Assembly (NCBI GenBank): GCA_016934595.1
Contig: JAFGSM010000265.1
Location: 1 to 54,432 of the forward strand
DNA length: 54,432 nt
Source: a bacterium
Lineage (GTDB): Bacteria; SZUA-182; DTGQ01; JAFGSM01
Direction: 5' to 3'
Part shown: positions 9,721-19,224 of the stretch, in pieces
How positions within the stretch are numbered: position 1 is the stretch's first letter
Layout: the number at the start of each line of letters is the position of its first letter
Notes under the pieces: model-generated
Database searches by the model: none
The model's input: the letters and a program-made list of their open reading frames with translations, nothing else
What the model was told of the DNA's origin: nothing
Made by a program: the position numbers and the translations under genes

Positions 9721-10803
9721 ATGAGCCAAAGAAAATCTGAAAGGGATAAAGAAGGATATGCCATTTTTGATAAGCGTCATGAGGTTGCAATATCTGGGAG
9801 TAGGCGCTTCGGTTTCACAAAACTGTCCATAGCCGTTTTATTTGTTTTTCTTTGTATATTAATTGGTCTATTAATGGCAAAAAAGGGGGGTTCCCTTCAA
9901 AAAGGAAAAGAGATAACAGGAAACACCCTTGCCGCCTTTATAAAAAGTAGCAGAGAAGGGCAGGGAGTTGCGATCGCCGAATCGTCCGCATCATTTGACA
10001 GCATTGTGATACATTCCATTGATTACAAGATGGCCTATATACCTCCTGGCTCATTTATTATGGGAAGCCCTGGCAGGCCGGCCAGGGTAAATATAGACCA
10101 GACACAGCACAGGGTGGTGATATCCAAGGGATTTTATATGGGCATTACAGAGGTTACCCAAAGTCAATGGGAGTCAGTAATGGGAGAGAATCCTTCCTAT
10201 TTTAAAAAGTGCGGAGGGGAGTGCCCTGTTGAGAATGTTTCATGGGATGATTGCCAGGAGTTTATTAAGAGGCTGAACCTTATGGAAGGTGGCGGCTTAT
10301 TTCGTCTGCCAACCGAAGCCGAATGGGAGTATGCGTGCAGGGCAGGCAGTCAGACAGCCATCTATACAGGGCCTATGGATATCAAAGATAACCGTATAGC
10401 AGCGGAGCTTGATCCTATTGCATGGTATGCAGGAAACAGCTGTGCAGATTACCATGGGGTATGGGATTGTTTGAATTGGCCTGAGAACATCCATAAATGT
10501 CGGGGCTGCGGCGTACATCCTGTGGCCCGGAAAGAGCCCAATATCTGGGGGCTTTATGATATGCTGGGCAATGTATGGGAGTGGTGCCAGGACTGGTATG
10601 GAGGATATCCGGCAGATCAGGTCATAGATCCAAGAGGGCCTTCAAACGGCAGACACCGTATATTTCGGGGCGGAGGCTGGATGAGCGGCGCACAATCCTG
10701 CTGTTGCGGATATCGTAACTACCATCATCCTGATTATCATTACAGCACATTAGGCCTTCGTCTTGCAGGAGACCTGCATAATTATAGATTTTCAGATAAA
10801 TAA
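9721..10803 (+). CDS. Membrane-anchored FGE-sulfatase (SUMF1/CLec-fold) domain protein
   Basis: FIMGS, TEVTQ, PVENVSW, RLPTEAEWEYACRAG, NIWGLYDMLGNVWEW, RGGGW...GLRL; start set at ATG 9721 after AAGGAG. Confidence 0.9.
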   Translation: MSQRKSERDKEGYAIFDKRHEVAISGSRRFGFTKLSIAVLFVFLCILIGLLMAKKGGSLQKGKEITGNTLAAFIKSSREGQGVAIAESSASFDSIVIHSIDYKMAYIPPGSFIMGSPGRPARVNIDQTQHRVVISKGFYMGITEVTQSQWESVMGENPSYFKKCGGECPVENVSWDDCQEFIKRLNLMEGGGLFRLPTEAEWEYACRAGSQTAIYTGPMDIKDNRIAAELDPIAWYAGNSCADYHGVWDCLNWPENIHKCRGCGVHPVARKEPNIWGLYDMLGNVWEWCQDWYGGYPADQVIDPRGPSNGRHRIFRGGGWMSGAQSCCCGYRNYHHPDYHYSTLGLRLAGDLHNYRFSDK

Positions 10804-11023
10804 TTACAAAAAATTTTCTTGCATTAATCAGAAATTACAAAAGGTTAGAGAGCAAAGATTGTGTAATTTAATTTCTGAAAATCTATACAATGAGCGCTTT
10901 ATTTTTTATCTGTGCAAAAACATCTTTAAAAATATTCCATATTGACTTTGCCCCATCCATCACACAAATCAACGGCAATAGCAATCGGTTCAATGGATTC
11001 TTCAAAGAGCCATCTTTATCTTC

Positions 11024-11278
11024 GATAATGATTTATTAAGAGAGGCTGCCTGTCGTCAGTGGAAGGGGAACCCTTTTGCAGGCTTGATTTATGCCCATCC
11101 CTTAAAAGTTTCTATTGGAATCTGTATTCGATTCTGCAAGTAACCCCCATAACCTTATAGTCACAACGAAGCATGAAAATGAATAAAAGCAAAGTATTGT
11201 TCGATCATTTTCATAGAAATTGCAAAGGCAGGAGAATTTGAAGATTTATCCAATCAAGTCATATTTTTACCACTGTAG
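11024..11278 (+). pseudogene. DUF5615/PIN-like toxin remnant split by an ~80-bp insertion
   Basis: 11024-11131 reads DNDLLREAACRQWKGNPFAGLIYAHPLKVSIGICIR and 11213-11278 reads IEIAKAGEFEDLSNQVIFLPL* in the same frame; N-terminus mostly lost; family recognised from memory. Confidence 0.65.
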
Positions 11279-11297
11279 AGGAAAAAAGAGGTAAAAT

Positions 11298-11402
11298 ATT
11301 TTAAAAACATTTCAGCATTACAAGGTCAGGTAGAATCTCAGCCAAGTAATGAATGAAGTGGCATTAAAGGATGATGAATATATTGTTTAAAGGGCGGTTA
11401 AA
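11298..11402 (+). pseudogene. Phd/YefM-family antitoxin remnant
   Basis: After GAGGT: ILK...KVR*NLSQVMNEVALKDDEYIV*RAVK, resembling Phd N-termini with two in-frame stops. Confidence 0.55.
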
Positions 11403-11584
11403 AACCTTTTTTGGCGATCATACCGGTTGATTTTTATAAGAGCATAAAATAGGTTATAAATCTTCGATTCACAAAGGGGAATGAAAATACCCAGAAGGGA
11501 TTTTCAGACGAAAATTCCTATGCGATCAATATAAATCAGGCATGCATCTATTCAGAACTCTGCAGAGACTCCCATGGGAATATC

Positions 11585-12217
11585 TTATTTGCCGACCAAT
11601 TCAACAAATTTTTCTTTTAGTTTGTCACAATGTTCAAAAAATGATGAACCATCAAACTCTATTTTTTTCTCATCAAGAGTAATGGCTTTATAATATCCAT
11701 ACCCCATAGAATCTACTACAATAAGGCGACTTACTTTACTTTTTAATTTTTGTTCTAAAAAAATCCAAGTTTTTAAAAATTCAAAAATATATTTAGCATT
11801 TTTCTTATTATCCATATATACCCCACCAAAAGGCAATCTAAAAAAAATTTTACTCCACGAATCAACCCTTTGGTAATAAAAAGCATAACTATTACACCCA
11901 TGTCCCCAGAAACCAATCAGAAAGTAACCTTCCGGACAAGATTTTAAAAAGCTTTCAATGCCAACTTGCACAAGAAAAATATCTTTTTGTGACCCCGTTT
12001 GAATAGATTTGGCAACCTTGGACCCGAAAAGCAAATCAAAGGTAATCGTAGGTTCAACAGCCCATTTTTTTCCATTGTTATCAGTTTCTGTATGTGGCAC
12101 AAAAGACTTGTTATCCTTAGAATTTTTATTGAGCGAAACCAATTTCTCCTTGGGCAACATAATGTTAGGTAAAGGCTTTCCGATATTTTTCTTAAAATAT
12201 TTAAGAAGTTTTTCCAT
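11585..12217 (-). CDS. Hypothetical protein, third gene of AT-rich operon
   Basis: 210-aa ORF with AGGAGA RBS, 14 bp after the MBL gene; GFWGHGCNSYAFYY and PFGGVY segments; no family recognised. Confidence 0.8.
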   Translation of the reverse strand: MEKLLKYFKKNIGKPLPNIMLPKEKLVSLNKNSKDNKSFVPHTETDNNGKKWAVEPTITFDLLFGSKVAKSIQTGSQKDIFLVQVGIESFLKSCPEGYFLIGFWGHGCNSYAFYYQRVDSWSKIFFRLPFGGVYMDNKKNAKYIFEFLKTWIFLEQKLKSKVSRLIVVDSMGYGYYKAITLDEKKIEFDGSSFFEHCDKLKEKFVELVGK

Positions 12218-12231
12218 AAATTATTCTCCTT

Positions 12232-13494
12232 TTAAAAATAAAATTCTTCTTTATCCTTTAACATACACACACTGAATCCTGTAAACTGGTTTTCATATTG
12301 CTCTGGATAGTTTGTATGAATAGGAATAACCGTTTTAGGATTAAGCTTATCAACCATTTTTTTGAGTGTATCAATATCAGCATGGCCGCTAGTATGAATA
12401 TTATGCACGCGCATATTTTTATCTTTAACAAAATCAATAAGTTCCATTGTATGAGTATTATTAAGGTATCCCTGCCAAATCGAATAGATAAAATCGCCTC
12501 GGTCTAATCCTTTGATTAAACGCAGGTCAAATATTACGGACGGCCTTACTAACATAATTATTTTATGTTTTTTCTTAGATATTTCATTTCGGTTAATTTT
12601 GTAATACCTGTAACGATAAATTAATTTTTTTCTGTTCTTTTCAGCTATGCGGTTGGCTAACAAGTGCGGAAAATAAACTCTTACTTCAGGGAAAATACTT
12701 TTGTTTGTATATGGAACGCGGGCATGATCCTTAATTTCGGAAAGGATATTTGCAGTATAAAAATCAATGACAAACAATCGGCTTGATCTTCGAGCCACTC
12801 TGAACAATGTAACCAGGCGGTCAATATTTTGTGATGATAGATAGGCCAATATTATGTTTTTATTTGATGACATGGCAATGTCCAAAATTTCCTTCTCTAT
12901 ATCGGATTCCTTTTTCACATTTTCAGAGGATCTTCCGAACATCGTTCCTTCTATAAGCAGGGTGTCTATATCAGTCGGGCCGTTTCTTATAAATTTGTGG
13001 AATAGTTTTGCTTTTCTGCCGTGAGCCCGGAAATCTCCGGAATAAAACAATTTTTTGCCACCGGCTTCAATCAGAAAAGCATAAGCGTCAAAGGCCGAAT
13101 GGTCTACTAGAAATGGCGTGATGGTGAACGACTTAATCTTGAAAGCCTTTCTGTCTTCTATAGGTTTAAATTGGCCGATATGCCCTTTTTGTGATGTAAA
13201 AAGCACGGTCAAATCTATCAGTTTTTTGGCTGCAGCGCCCACATAATAAGGCATATCATCCCTGAGATGCTCAAAATAGCCATAATGGTCTATATGTGGA
13301 TGGGAAATCAGCATACCATCTATGCCGAGCGGGGCGATTTCATCCTTGTATATACCTTTAATGTCAGGCGGTTTTTTTGTGTCTGGGTCAATTAACGGAC
13401 TGCCTATGTCAACCAGTATACGATCATTACCGTTTACGATTTCCAAGCAACTTCCGCCAATTTCATGAGAACCCCGGTGAATGACTATATTCAT
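12232..13494 (-). CDS. RNase J-like metallo-beta-lactamase/beta-CASP nuclease
   Basis: HRGSHEIGGS, SHPHIDHYG, VDHS, YSGDFR, IEGT, HTSGHA, PIHT. Confidence 0.9.
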   Translation of the reverse strand: MNIVIHRGSHEIGGSCLEIVNGNDRILVDIGSPLIDPDTKKPPDIKGIYKDEIAPLGIDGMLISHPHIDHYGYFEHLRDDMPYYVGAAAKKLIDLTVLFTSQKGHIGQFKPIEDRKAFKIKSFTITPFLVDHSAFDAYAFLIEAGGKKLFYSGDFRAHGRKAKLFHKFIRNGPTDIDTLLIEGTMFGRSSENVKKESDIEKEILDIAMSSNKNIILAYLSSQNIDRLVTLFRVARRSSRLFVIDFYTANILSEIKDHARVPYTNKSIFPEVRVYFPHLLANRIAEKNRKKLIYRYRYYKINRNEISKKKHKIIMLVRPSVIFDLRLIKGLDRGDFIYSIWQGYLNNTHTMELIDFVKDKNMRVHNIHTSGHADIDTLKKMVDKLNPKTVIPIHTNYPEQYENQFTGFSVCMLKDKEEFYF

Positions 13495-14483
13495 TTTTTA
13501 AACATATTTCCTATTTTAAGGTTTGATAAATGGCCTATTTGGTAAAACTCGATTGAATTCGGCAAGTTTTCTTTAAATTGGGCTTTGAGTTTTCCATATT
13601 TTTGGTCATTGTCAAAACCAAAAACAATTAAGATTACTTTCCGGTCTATTTCTTTTGGGTAAGGGAGTCTCATCGGAAACATTTTATTCAAAATGTCAAT
13701 GCAAACATGATATTTTTCAAGTAAGCTCAGTCTTATGGTTTCATTATTGACTTGTTCCTCATAACGTTCAATCTGCTCAACTACTTTTGGAGGTCCTTTG
13801 TCAGCCCAAATTTCTTTATTTGAAAAATGCTTCACTTCGCAGAACATAAGCCGTTGTTTGTTCTTATTAAAAAACAGAATGTCTATCCTGTCTTGCTTTT
13901 TTTCATTTTTAAGACATTTAAGAGACACCTCGATATCCAGTATGACAATATTTTCTTTGGATGATGAATAAGAATATTTATTATATATTTTAGAGACCCC
14001 GTTGGCTTCAATACCGGCGTATAATGAACAGTTCTCTTTTATCCTTTCATAGGCCTCGGCAAAGCTGGTTATTCTTTGACAGTCAGAAATTTCCGATTCA
14101 TAAATGTAAGTATTTTCGTGTTTATAAACAGAAGCAAATTTAATATTCGTTTTAAATCCATTTTTATCATATCCGAAAAGCTTGCTTCCTTTATGATAAA
14201 AATCAATGCAGTTTTTTCTTATTGCCATAAAAACATTGCCATTCTTAATGTCTTCCGACATTTTTTTAAATAATGATTCTTCCTGCAATTTAGCCGTCAA
14301 TTCATCTAATTTAATCGCATAGGAATTTTCATTTTTTCTATGCGGGTTTTCGGGCAGGTTTAACAAAGTCCGCCCGAAGGGCGCTAATTTAATCGCATAG
14401 GAACGTTCATTTTTTCCATACGGGTTTCCATGCAGTTTTTTAGTCTGCCCAATGGTCGCTAATTCAAAATCCTTTTTAGACAT
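13491..14483 (-). CDS. Putative PD-(D/E)xK-superfamily nuclease with N-terminal tandem repeats
   Basis: LDIEV...RIDILF...FCEVK...EQIERY pattern; ATGA overlap with the MBL gene. Confidence 0.7.
   Translation of the reverse strand: MSKKDFELATIGQTKKLHGNPYGKNERSYAIKLAPFGRTLLNLPENPHRKNENSYAIKLDELTAKLQEESLFKKMSEDIKNGNVFMAIRKNCIDFYHKGSKLFGYDKNGFKTNIKFASVYKHENTYIYESEISDCQRITSFAEAYERIKENCSLYAGIEANGVSKIYNKYSYSSSKENIVILDIEVSLKCLKNEKKQDRIDILFFNKNKQRLMFCEVKHFSNKEIWADKGPPKVVEQIERYEEQVNNETIRLSLLEKYHVCIDILNKMFPMRLPYPKEIDRKVILIVFGFDNDQKYGKLKAQFKENLPNSIEFYQIGHLSNLKIGNMFKK
14306..14464. repeat. In-frame ~78-bp tandem duplication with hairpins inside the nuclease 5' end
   Basis: 14306-14350 vs 14384-14428 match at 40/45 positions; protein LATIGQT-KKLHGNPYGKNERSYAIK / LAPFGRTLLNLPENPHRKNENSYAIK. 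Confidence 0.9.
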
Positions 14484-14503
14484 GGTTTATCTTTTATGAC
14501 TTA

Positions 14504-16900
14504 TTAGACAAGCACAGCCTCTTCCGCATTTGAATATTCCTTATAGGAAGAGTCGTTTATTACCTCTTTAATCATTGTAAGAAGTTCCGATTTTTTTATG
14601 GGCTTGGATATAAATCCATCCATGCCGGCCTCAAAACACTTATTCTTATCTTTGCCCATTACAGAGGCGGTTATCGCTATGATCGGGATGTGCCCGCCTG
14701 AGGCCTTTTCTTTTTCCCTTATGTTTCGGGCGGCCTCATATCCGTTCATAACCGGCATTTGGATATCCATGAGGATCAGGTCGAATCCACCTTTTTTCAG
14801 CATCTCCAAAAGGGCTTCTCCATTTTCCGCTGTTTCAACCGAGCATCCGTGATTTTCTAAAATCCTTATGGCAACCCTTTGATTTATATAATCGTCTTCT
14901 GCCAATAGGACATTCAAGGGTTCGCCGTTTTTGAGAATCTTTTCCCTGAGGGTCATTTCAGTAACATTTTTTTCTAAATGTTCTGGATATAACGGACTGT
15001 TTTCCATGACCTTCATAATCGTGTTATACAGACGTGTCTGACTTATCGGTTTAAGCACATACGGATGGTTCTTAAAAAAATCCTCTGGCAGGTCAGATTC
15101 TTTTCTGTCCAGAAAGGACAGAAATATGACATCCGTATCTGCGATGCAAAGATTCTCTTTGATTTTATTATATAACCCGATGCTGTCGTCTCCGGGGATC
15201 TTCAGGTCCAAAAACACAAGGTTATATGGATTGTTTTCCATTATGCCCTTTTCCATCTCTTCCAATGCCGTTTTGCAGTCAGTGGCCTCTCCAGATGATA
15301 TGCCCCAGTTTGAAAGCGTCTCCGTCATGTTTTTCCGTGTTGTTTCATTATCATCGATGATAAGGGCGCGGGCTCCGGTTTCTTTAAAGTGGTTTAGTCC
15401 TTCATTTCCTTCTTTTTGCGCCCAATAACCCAGCCTGACGGTGAAGTGGAAGGCGCTTCCCCTTCCTGGTTCGCTTTCAACCCAAATCCTTCCGCCCATC
15501 ATCTCGGTCAGTTGTTTGGATATCGTAAGCCCCAGCCCTGTGCCTCCGTATTTCCTGGTTGACGACCCGTCCGCCTGCTGAAAGCTTTCAAAGATAATCT
15601 CAAACTTGTCTTTTGGTATGCCAATGCCTGTGTCGGTCACAGAAAAATGGAGTGTAGCAGTGTCCCCATCCCTGTTTTCCAGATCACAGCGCAAGGATAT
15701 TTCCCCTTTTTCTGTAAATTTGACTGCATTGTTTATGAGATTCATTATAATCTGGCCAAGTCTTTTAGGGTCGCCTGTTAATGATGAAGGCACCTCATGG
15801 CTTATATAACTTATAAGCTCCAGCCCTTTCTCCTGGGCCTTTATCGCCATAATATGCATGATAGTTTCCATGACCTGATGAAGATCAAAATGGATCCTGT
15901 CGAGGCGGAGGCTCCTTGATTCTATCCTTGAGAAATCCAATATGTCGTCTATGATATGCAGAAGGGAATCCGCCGATTTTTTCACTATATCAATATATTC
16001 CAGTTGTTCATGAGTCAGTTCGGTCTCAAGAACCATATCCGTCATACCTATAATGCCGTTCATCGGGGTGCGGATTTCATGGGACATGTTGGCCAGAAAC
16101 TCACTCTTTGCCCTGGATGCATCCTCAGCCTTTTCTTTTGAAGCGAGCAGTTCTTCTGCCTTTTTTCCGAGCTCGGCATTGGCTTCCTGCAATTCCAGAT
16201 TTCCTTCCTGGATTTGGTCCAGCATCCCGTTAAAGCATTCGATTAGGAATCCGAGTTCATCTTCGGATTTTTTGACAGCCCTTACAGAATAATCCTTTTT
16301 GTCCTTGACCTCTTTTGCCACATCCGTTAGATGCAGGATCGGCCTGCAGATTATCTTCTGAAGAATCGAATTTATTATGAGACCCAGCAAGATAGAAAGC
16401 AGTAAAAAAATGGCCAGCATATTTCTGTATATCTTCATACGGGAATAAAGATCATCCAGGTTTGATTGTATCAAAAAGCTGCCTATAATTTCGCCTTCGG
16501 AAACCAACGGCCTGTAAGAGATGAGCCGCTTTTTATAGGAATGGATGCCGAAGTTTTTGGATTCTGGCCATAAAAGATCACTGCTGAAGTTTTTACCCTG
16601 ATACTTTACAAACACCTTGCCTTCATTGTCGTAAACATATGCCGCCGTGATGTTATTTTGCGTAGAAAGCGGGGCGAGGGCATTGAATGCATCCTTTTTG
16701 CTTTCGAGAATAAGGGCTGTTGTAATGTTCACTGTCAGAAGGTCAGACAGGATGCCGAGGTCGCCTGTCAGCCTGTTTTTTAATCTGAAAAAGTCATAGG
16801 TGACAAAGGCTGTGAATGCAAGGATCAAAGATATAGCGCTTATAAGCATTATTATAAATGTGAGTTTTTGCCTCAATGTCCGGTTTTTAAAGAAGTTCAT
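14504..16900 (-). CDS. Hybrid sensor histidine kinase (CHASE-like periplasmic domain-HAMP-HisKA-HATPase-REC-REC)
   Basis: [51 protein letters not shown]. Confidence 0.95.
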   Translation of the reverse strand: MNFFKNRTLRQKLTFIIMLISAISLILAFTAFVTYDFFRLKNRLTGDLGILSDLLTVNITTALILESKKDAFNALAPLSTQNNITAAYVYDNEGKVFVKYQGKNFSSDLLWPESKNFGIHSYKKRLISYRPLVSEGEIIGSFLIQSNLDDLYSRMKIYRNMLAIFLLLSILLGLIINSILQKIICRPILHLTDVAKEVKDKKDYSVRAVKKSEDELGFLIECFNGMLDQIQEGNLELQEANAELGKKAEELLASKEKAEDASRAKSEFLANMSHEIRTPMNGIIGMTDMVLETELTHEQLEYIDIVKKSADSLLHIIDDILDFSRIESRSLRLDRIHFDLHQVMETIMHIMAIKAQEKGLELISYISHEVPSSLTGDPKRLGQIIMNLINNAVKFTEKGEISLRCDLENRDGDTATLHFSVTDTGIGIPKDKFEIIFESFQQADGSSTRKYGGTGLGLTISKQLTEMMGGRIWVESEPGRGSAFHFTVRLGYWAQKEGNEGLNHFKETGARALIIDDNETTRKNMTETLSNWGISSGEATDCKTALEEMEKGIMENNPYNLVFLDLKIPGDDSIGLYNKIKENLCIADTDVIFLSFLDRKESDLPEDFFKNHPYVLKPISQTRLYNTIMKVMENSPLYPEHLEKNVTEMTLREKILKNGEPLNVLLAEDDYINQRVAIRILENHGCSVETAENGEALLEMLKKGGFDLILMDIQMPVMNGYEAARNIREKEKASGGHIPIIAITASVMGKDKNKCFEAGMDGFISKPIKKSELLTMIKEVINDSSYKEYSNAEEAVLV

Positions 16901-16971
16901 ACAATTCTCCTAAAAAAGATCCCATCCATATTTATTAATCGTCTTTTCAGAAAAAAAAGATCTGATAAATA

Positions 16972-18099
16972 TCACCCCTGTATCCTGTTATGACTCAGAT
17001 ATTTTATGATTCCCAGAATGGCAAGCATGCCCATACCCTGCATTAAAAGAAGCAGGGTCTCTCTTGTATGGGCTTGCCGCAAAAGGAGCGCCCCTGATCC
17101 TATGCATATCTCAAAGAGGAAGATAAACATGATCTCCTGTTTTCTTGTCATCCCCAGCGATTTAAGGCTGTGATGTATCTGATCCGCACTTATGATGTCA
17201 AACCATCCCCTGATGCCTGTCCATTTTTTGCCAACAATGAAGGAGAAAAGATTGTATGTTAATTCGAATATCAAAAGGGCGAAGATGAGCAGGGGAGGGG
17301 CGAATGTCTTAACAGGATTGCCAAGCCCCCAGTTGCCCATAACCGCAACCGATGCGAGCATAAATCCCAAAAAAGTGCTGCCAGCGTTTCCCAATGACAT
17401 GGATTTATCGCCGCTATTTAATGCATAGGGGAGAAATCCCATGCAACTGCCTAATATGGCCGCTGATGTCCATCCCAGGAAGGGGTGTTCTGTCTGGCAC
17501 GCTAAGATCCCCAGAAAGAAGGCCATGATTGCTGAGGAGCCTGTGGCTATCCCGTTTACGGCATCCAGATAACCCAAAACATTTGTTATCCCAATGATCC
17601 AAAAAAAGGTCAGGGCATAATCCATGGTTTTTCCACAGGTCATCGAGGCAAAAAAATTGAAGTGTATCCCGCTATATATGACCAGCAAAACAGGAAGCAC
17701 CTGCAACGGAAGTTTCCATGGGATGCCGAGCCCTATAAAATCATCGAACAGCCCTGTCAATAAAACTATTGTGCCTGCCGATAGCAGGATAAAAAGCTGT
17801 TGCGACAGGATGGAATAAAAGGACAGAGTAAGGCTGAGACCTATATAGACCGCAACGCCGCCAAGCAGAGGGACGGCCTTTTTGTCTTTTTCAGTAAACA
17901 GCGAGGCCTTTTTAGCAGCAGACCTTAATAATGGCGTGACCAGAAAGACTATGCATGCGGAGAGGCTGAGGATAAACGCCCATCTTTGTCCTATCCTCTG
18001 GGATTGGAATCTGAAATCCGGATGCAGGAATACCAGGATCAGGAGAAACGCCACAAAATAGCGCTGAATAATCCTCAATGCCCTTTTGTTTTTTTTCAT
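16972..18099 (-). CDS. MraY/WecA-like polyprenyl-phosphate sugar-1-phosphate transferase homolog with degenerate motifs
   Basis: PLLGGVA, GLFDD, NVLGYLDAVNG, LGNAGSTFLG, DQIHH; polytopic membrane protein. Confidence 0.8.
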   Translation of the reverse strand: MKKNKRALRIIQRYFVAFLLILVFLHPDFRFQSQRIGQRWAFILSLSACIVFLVTPLLRSAAKKASLFTEKDKKAVPLLGGVAVYIGLSLTLSFYSILSQQLFILLSAGTIVLLTGLFDDFIGLGIPWKLPLQVLPVLLVIYSGIHFNFFASMTCGKTMDYALTFFWIIGITNVLGYLDAVNGIATGSSAIMAFFLGILACQTEHPFLGWTSAAILGSCMGFLPYALNSGDKSMSLGNAGSTFLGFMLASVAVMGNWGLGNPVKTFAPPLLIFALLIFELTYNLFSFIVGKKWTGIRGWFDIISADQIHHSLKSLGMTRKQEIMFIFLFEICIGSGALLLRQAHTRETLLLLMQGMGMLAILGIIKYLSHNRIQG

Positions 18100-18138
18100 A
18101 GAGGTTTTTTTTATTTTTCATATTTCATATATTGATAT

Positions 18139-19224
18139 TCAGCAGGCCGGTGTCAGGGCGAATCTGTTTATCTCTGAGGCAATACGGTCAAGGGGGAGCA
18201 TCCTGTCAACACAGCCAGTGTTCTGGGCAGCTCTGGGCATGCCGAACACGACGCAGGTCTCCTCGTTCTGGGCAATGATCATTCCGCCTTTCCTCTTTAT
18301 AGCCTGAATTCCCTGAGAGCCGTCATTTCCCATCCCCGTCATTATGACTCCAAGCATAATCCCGGGCCACACTTGAGCCACCGAGTTCATCATTACGTCT
18401 ACGGATGGCCGGTGAGGGGCATCAGCGGGGTCTTTGCTCAGGGCGATATAGAATTTGTCAAAGGAATTCTGGAGTTTTAGATGATAACCGCCCGGGGCTA
18501 TGTAAACCCTCCTTGGGAGGATGATATCATCCTCTTCCGCCTCCTTTACCTCCAACTGGCATTTCTGATTCATCCTCTGTGCGAGGGAACTGGTAAATCC
18601 AACTGGCATATGCTGAACAACAAGAACAGCGCCGGGATAGTCGCCTGGAATATATGGCAGGACACTTTCCAGGGCTATAGGGCCGCCTGTGGATGTGCCT
18701 ATTGCGACAATAAAAGAAGGATTTTCATCTTTCGGAGGCTGCTCTATGGCAGGTGATGGCGCAGCCAAAGAAGGTTTTGGCATTGAAGTGGATTTTGTCC
18801 CCATCACCTTCCTTATATCCACCCTGGCTATCATCTTTATCTTCTGGATGAGTGATTCGGCGATTTCTATAATATCCATGGTGGTGTGGCATGAGGACTT
18901 GTCTATAAAATCAACAGCCCCGATCTCCAGGGCGCGCAGGGTTATCTCGCCGCCTTCGCTTGTAAGGGAGCTGACCATAAGCACAGGCACAGGGCACTCC
19001 TTCATGATTCGGTCGAGGGTCTGCAGTCCGTCCATGCCCGGCATCTTGACATCCAGCGTCACAACATCCGGCCTGAGCCTCTTGATTTTATCAAGGGCCT
19101 CTAAACCTGTGCTTGCCTCGCTGCAGACCCTTATCATAGGATCGGAGCGAAGCATCCTCTTCATCGCCTTTCGCATAAAGGCGGAGTCGTCCACCACCAG
19201 TACAGAAATCTTATTTTCCAGCAT
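18139..19224 (-). CDS. cheB: Chemotaxis methylesterase CheB (REC + esterase)
   Basis: VVDDSAFMR, GTSTGG, QHMP, HRPSVD, TGMGNDG; start set at MLENK. Confidence 0.97.
   Translation of the reverse strand: MLENKISVLVVDDSAFMRKAMKRMLRSDPMIRVCSEASTGLEALDKIKRLRPDVVTLDVKMPGMDGLQTLDRIMKECPVPVLMVSSLTSEGGEITLRALEIGAVDFIDKSSCHTTMDIIEIAESLIQKIKMIARVDIRKVMGTKSTSMPKPSLAAPSPAIEQPPKDENPSFIVAIGTSTGGPIALESVLPYIPGDYPGAVLVVQHMPVGFTSSLAQRMNQKCQLEVKEAEEDDIILPRRVYIAPGGYHLKLQNSFDKFYIALSKDPADAPHRPSVDVMMNSVAQVWPGIMLGVIMTGMGNDGSQGIQAIKRKGGMIIAQNEETCVVFGMPRAAQNTGCVDRMLPLDRIASEINRFALTPAC

Noticed and set aside
9721-10803. Complete DGR, or catalytic formylglycine-generating enzyme
   Set aside because: No RT, Avd or template repeat seen in the window; the C-terminal segment does not match the canonical FGE catalytic CxxxxC context
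14306-14428. CRISPR mini-array (45-bp repeats, 33-bp spacer)
   Set aside because: Only two imperfect copies, similarity extends into the 'spacer' (gggcagact/gggcggact), the frame is preserved and no cas genes are adjacent; better read as a tandem duplication
10950-14500. Integron cassette array or prophage/ICE boundary for the AT-rich island
   Set aside because: No integrase, tRNA, attC-like site or flanking direct repeat found by eye
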